This document shows, one piece after another, positions 46,612-49,399 of a DNA stretch of 49,399 nucleotides. The stretch spans positions 1 through 49,399 of the forward strand of contig CAMWRN010000001.1 of assembly GCA_947176675.1 (NCBI GenBank), written 5' to 3'. The position numbers were made by a program, and so were the translations under genes. The DNA is from an uncultured Clostridia bacterium. Its GTDB lineage: Bacteria > Bacillota > Clostridia > Oscillospirales > Ruminococcaceae. The notes below the pieces were generated by a model that was given only the letters and a program-made list of their open reading frames with translations, did no database searches and was not told the origin of the DNA. How positions within the stretch are numbered: position 1 is the stretch's first letter; every line of letters starts with the position of its first letter.

Positions 46612-48030
46612 TTACGCTTTTGTAATCTTAGTACCCTCTCTCGTCTCGGTAACGGTGTAGCCGAGCGCGGATATCTTATCTCTTATCTCGTCGGCAAGAG
46701 CAAAGTTCTTGTCCTTGCGGGCAGCTTTTCTCTGCTCCGCAAGAGCCTTAACCTCCTCGGGGATATCATCGTCTGCATCACCGGTTCCCTCGGAAGCGGT
46801 TTTTTGAGCAGCCTCAACAAGTCCCAGAGAAAGAACCCTGTCAAACTCATTTATAAGCTTTAGCTTGACTGCGTTTGAGGTCTCTGCTTTCAGTACGTCG
46901 TACAGCGCCGTTACCGCAAGAGCGGTGTTAAGGTCGTTGTCCAGAGCGTCGGTGAAACGCTTTTTAAGGGACGAATAAGCTTCCTCGTTTAAGTCCCCCG
47001 AACCGTCCAGAACGGAAGCGATTTTTGCAGTGAGCTTTCTATAAGCCGCCGCCGCGTTGTCGAGATTTTCCCAGCTGAAAACAAGCGACTTGCGGTAGTG
47101 TGACTGCAAGCAGAAGAACCTGTACACAAGCGGACTATAGCCCTTTTCTTCCAGCAGCGATACCGTCAGGAACTCGCCCTTTGACTTGCTCATCTTGCCG
47201 CTGTCAGTGTTAAGGTGGTGAACGTGGAACCAGTAATTGCACCACTCGTGTCCCAGATATGCTTCGCTCTGTGCGATCTCGTTGGTGTGGTGGGGGAAAG
47301 CGTTGTCTATGCCTCCGCAGTGGAGATCGAGATACTCGCCAAGGTTTTTCATGCTTATGCAGGAGCATTCGATGTGCCAGCCGGGATAACCTACGCCCCA
47401 GGGACTGTCCCATTTAAGCTCCTGATCGTCAAATTTGGATTTGGTGAACCACAGCACGAAGTCGGCTTTATTACGTTTGTTTCCGTCCTCCTCAACCCCC
47501 TCGCGGACGCCTACCGCTAAGTCCTCCTCGTTAAAGTCGTTGAACACATAGTACTTGTCAAGCTTTGAGGTGTCAAAGTAAATGTTTCCTCCTGCTTCAT
47601 AAGCAAAGCCTTTTTCGATCAGCGAGGCTATCACACGGATAAACTCGTCAATGCAGGAGGTAGCGGGTTCTATAACGTCGGGAGTTTTTATGTTAAGCTT
47701 TTTGCAGTCCTCAAAAAAGGCTTTGGTGTAGAAATTCGCGATCTCCATAACGGACTTGTGTTCACGCTTTGCACCCTTGAGCATTTTGTCGTCACCGGTA
47801 TCGCCGTCGCTGGAAAGGTGTCCAACGTCGGTAATATTCATAACGCGCTTAACGTCATAGCCTGAAAATCGAAGGTATTTTTCCAGAACGTCCTCCATAA
47901 TGTAGCTGCGCAGGTTGCCGATGTGAGCGTAGTGGTACACCGTAGGACCGCAAGTGTACATTGATACTTTTCCCTCAAAGCGGGGGATAAAATCGTCTTT
48001 TGAGCGGGTAAGCGAGTTATAGAGCTTCAT
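46612..48030 (-). CDS. cysS: Cysteine--tRNA ligase
   Basis: HIGN (HYAHIGNLRSY) and KMSKS motifs, 472 aa. Confidence 0.97.
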   Translation of the reverse strand: MKLYNSLTRSKDDFIPRFEGKVSMYTCGPTVYHYAHIGNLRSYIMEDVLEKYLRFSGYDVKRVMNITDVGHLSSDGDTGDDKMLKGAKREHKSVMEIANFYTKAFFEDCKKLNIKTPDVIEPATSCIDEFIRVIASLIEKGFAYEAGGNIYFDTSKLDKYYVFNDFNEEDLAVGVREGVEEDGNKRNKADFVLWFTKSKFDDQELKWDSPWGVGYPGWHIECSCISMKNLGEYLDLHCGGIDNAFPHHTNEIAQSEAYLGHEWCNYWFHVHHLNTDSGKMSKSKGEFLTVSLLEEKGYSPLVYRFFCLQSHYRKSLVFSWENLDNAAAAYRKLTAKIASVLDGSGDLNEEAYSSLKKRFTDALDNDLNTALAVTALYDVLKAETSNAVKLKLINEFDRVLSLGLVEAAQKTASEGTGDADDDIPEEVKALAEQRKAARKDKNFALADEIRDKISALGYTVTETREGTKITKA

Positions 48031-48097
48031 TTCGCCTGTCTCCTTCTATAAAAAATATGATTTGTTTTGAATGGGGTTTTTTGGCGGTTATTTATTT

Positions 48098-48126
48098 ATT
48101 ATATCACATTTCTTTAAAGTTGTCGA
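48098..48126 (-). promoter_or_regulatory. Sigma-A promoter of cysS
   Basis: On the minus strand: TCGACA, 17 nt, TATAAT with a TGa extended -10. Leaves a 5' UTR of about 70 nt. Confidence 0.5.
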
Positions 48127-48209
48127 TAGCTTTTGTATTTTTGGCACAGAATTAAATTCAGCGCACGTCTGACAAGACATTGGGCGGAAAATTAATCGCC
48201 TTATTTCGG

Positions 48210-48238
48210 TTGACTTTTCCCCTGTGTTAAAGTATAAT
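48210..48238 (+). promoter_or_regulatory. Sigma-A promoter of the SbcC-like gene
   Basis: TTGACT (48210-48215), 17 nt, TATAAT (48233-48238). Confidence 0.6.
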
Positions 48239-48254
48239 TAACCTTGGATATACT

Positions 48255-48331
48255 TAAGGCAATACCGCACAAAGGACGGCTAACGCCTTTGCTGCGCATC
48301 TGCATGACAACCTTTGTGCGGTATTACCTTA
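48255..48331 (+). promoter_or_regulatory. Long hairpin / inverted repeat in the 5' leader of the SbcC-like gene
   Basis: TAAGGCAATACCGCACAAAGG (48255-48275), 35 nt, CCTTTGTGCGGTATTACCTTA (48311-48331). 20 of 21 positions are complementary. Confidence 0.5.
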
Positions 48332-48356
48332 AAATTATTAAGAAAGAAGATTTGAA

Positions 48357-49399
48357 ATGCTTCCCGTAAAGCTTGTAATACAGGCGTTTGAATCCTACGC
48401 CGACCAAACCGAGATAGACTTTGAAAGGCTGGACAGTCTGTTCCTTATACACGGCGAAACTGGCGCGGGAAAAACCGCCGTTCTGGACGCTGTAACATAC
48501 GCTCTTTACGGCGAATCCAGCGGCGGCGAAAGAACTGATATGCGCTGCGCCCTGCCTGCCGCAGAAAATCTTCCCACAATGGTGGAATTTACATTCAAAA
48601 TTCGCGGTGAATTGTACAAATTCACCCGCTCCATAACCGTCACCTCTCGGAGCAAAAAGCTTGAAGCGCGTCAGGACTGCTTCTATTTCGACAAGACTTC
48701 GGACTGCTTCCGCGCCTTTTTTGAAAACCCAAAGCAAACTTTTGTCCGCGCAAAAGCCGAGGAGCTTACGGGACTTTCCGCCGAGCAGTTCAGGCAGGTG
48801 ATAATCCTGCCGCAGGGCAAATTTGAACAGCTTCTTACTTCGGGCAGCAAGGACAAGGAGGAAATACTCTCTACCCTTTTCGGCGCGGATAAGTATACAC
48901 GACTTTCAGACAAGCTTTGGGAAAAGTCCGAAAGGCTGAGGAAAGAGCTTGACGATGAAACAAAATCCCTCAAAGCCATGCTTGCAGCGGAAAACGCCGA
49001 GTCAGCCGAACAGCTTGACGGCGAGATAAAAAAGCTTTCCGAGGAAGTCGAATCCCTTTCTCCAAAGTTTAACGAAGCAGCGGAAAATCTTGACGCACTT
49101 CGGAAAAAGCTTACTGCGGCGGAGTTGTCGGCAGCAAAGTTTACAGAATTGAACAAAGCGGAAAAACGTCTTGCGGAGCTTGAAAGGAATCGGGAGGAGA
49201 CCGAGGGAAAACGGCTTATACTGAAAAAACACGAAAACGCGTCCCGCGCTCTTGCGGAAAAAAACGCTCTTGCTTCTGCCGGAAAAAATCTTTCCGAAAG
49301 GAAGTCCGGACTGGATATTGCGGAGAAAAAGCTGTCTTCCGCAGAGGAAAATTTTTCTCAATTGGAGAAAAGAAAATACGCTCTTGCCGAAAAGGAAGC
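48357..49399 (+). CDS. sbcC: SbcC/Rad50-like SMC-family ATPase (5' partial, runs off the window)
   Basis: Hand translation gives MLPVKLVIQAFESYADQTEIDFERLDSLFLIHGETGAGKTAVLDAVTYALYGESSG... then ...IILPQGKFEQLL and a coiled coil. Open to the end of the window, so absent from the ORF track. Confidence 0.85.
   Translation, partial: MLPVKLVIQAFESYADQTEIDFERLDSLFLIHGETGAGKTAVLDAVTYALYGESSGGERTDMRCALPAAENLPTMVEFTFKIRGELYKFTRSITVTSRSKKLEARQDCFYFDKTSDCFRAFFENPKQTFVRAKAEELTGLSAEQFRQVIILPQGKFEQLLTSGSKDKEEILSTLFGADKYTRLSDKLWEKSERLRKELDDETKSLKAMLAAENAESAEQLDGEIKKLSEEVESLSPKFNEAAENLDALRKKLTAAELSAAKFTELNKAEKRLAELERNREETEGKRLILKKHENASRALAEKNALASAGKNLSERKSGLDIAEKKLSSAEENFSQLEKRKYALAEKE

Noticed and set aside
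48031-48331. Possible T-box riboswitch upstream of cysS (GGTAATACCGCAC resembles the T-box core)
   Set aside because: The hairpin lies about 225-300 nt upstream of the cysS ATG and beyond the cysS promoter (48098-48126). It has no following U-run. There is no terminator/antiterminator pair next to the start codon. The element fits better as the leader of the divergent SbcC-like gene.
48324-49361. Three minus-strand ORFs (137, 157 and 119 aa) listed at the right edge
   Set aside because: They are antisense shadows of the + strand SbcC-like gene. That gene is missing from the track only because it has no stop codon inside the window.
1-49399. Search for CRISPR arrays, IS elements or transposases, integrases, prophage genes, tRNA and rRNA genes
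   Set aside because: I found no regularly spaced direct repeats, no recognisable transposase, integrase or phage structural sequences, and no tRNA- or rRNA-like sequence by eye. This visual scan could miss short or divergent ncRNAs.

Overview
This window is the replication-origin neighbourhood of a Firmicute chromosome. The gene set looks Clostridia-like, but that is inference from gene content, not a search. Most of it is conserved core. On the + strand: dnaA, oriC, dnaN, yaaA, recF, remB, gyrB, a YcxB-like membrane protein, gyrA, a DinB-like protein, rpsF-ssb-rpsR, the CIRCE-controlled hrcA-grpE-dnaK-dnaJ operon, and an orphan secreted protein. An 11.4 kb minus-strand block follows: ParB paralogue, parB, parA, rsmG, mnmG, GNAT, mnmE, jag, yidC, yidD, rnpA, rpmH. 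It carries five to six parS sites. From about 30.25 to 33.98 kb there is a small islet that looks AT-rich by eye. After it come PFOR (nifJ), an ECF sigma/anti-sigma pair, gdpP, RNase J, a nucleotidyltransferase/PGM-like fusion, a zinc-ribbon miniprotein, cysS, and an SbcC-like ATPase. The SbcC-like gene runs off the right edge, so the ORF track misses it. The most interesting content is in the islet. It holds an unannotated par/Fst-like type I toxin-antitoxin module: a 31-aa membrane peptide, a convergent sRNA and a shared bidirectional terminator. A decayed second copy lies on the other side of an orphan nadB / Syd-SUKH-like operon. Next to it is a divergent XRE / SLOG(DUF1273) pair with an operator-like palindrome. 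Other notable points are a perfect 664-bp tandem duplication spanning the GNAT gene and the mnmE 3' end, an oriC dominated by a variant TTTTCAACA box, and displacement of the rpmH...parB block to the far side of dnaA in head-on orientation. I saw no rRNA, tRNA, CRISPR array, transposase or integrase. All coordinates and motifs were read by eye, and no database search or computation was run.
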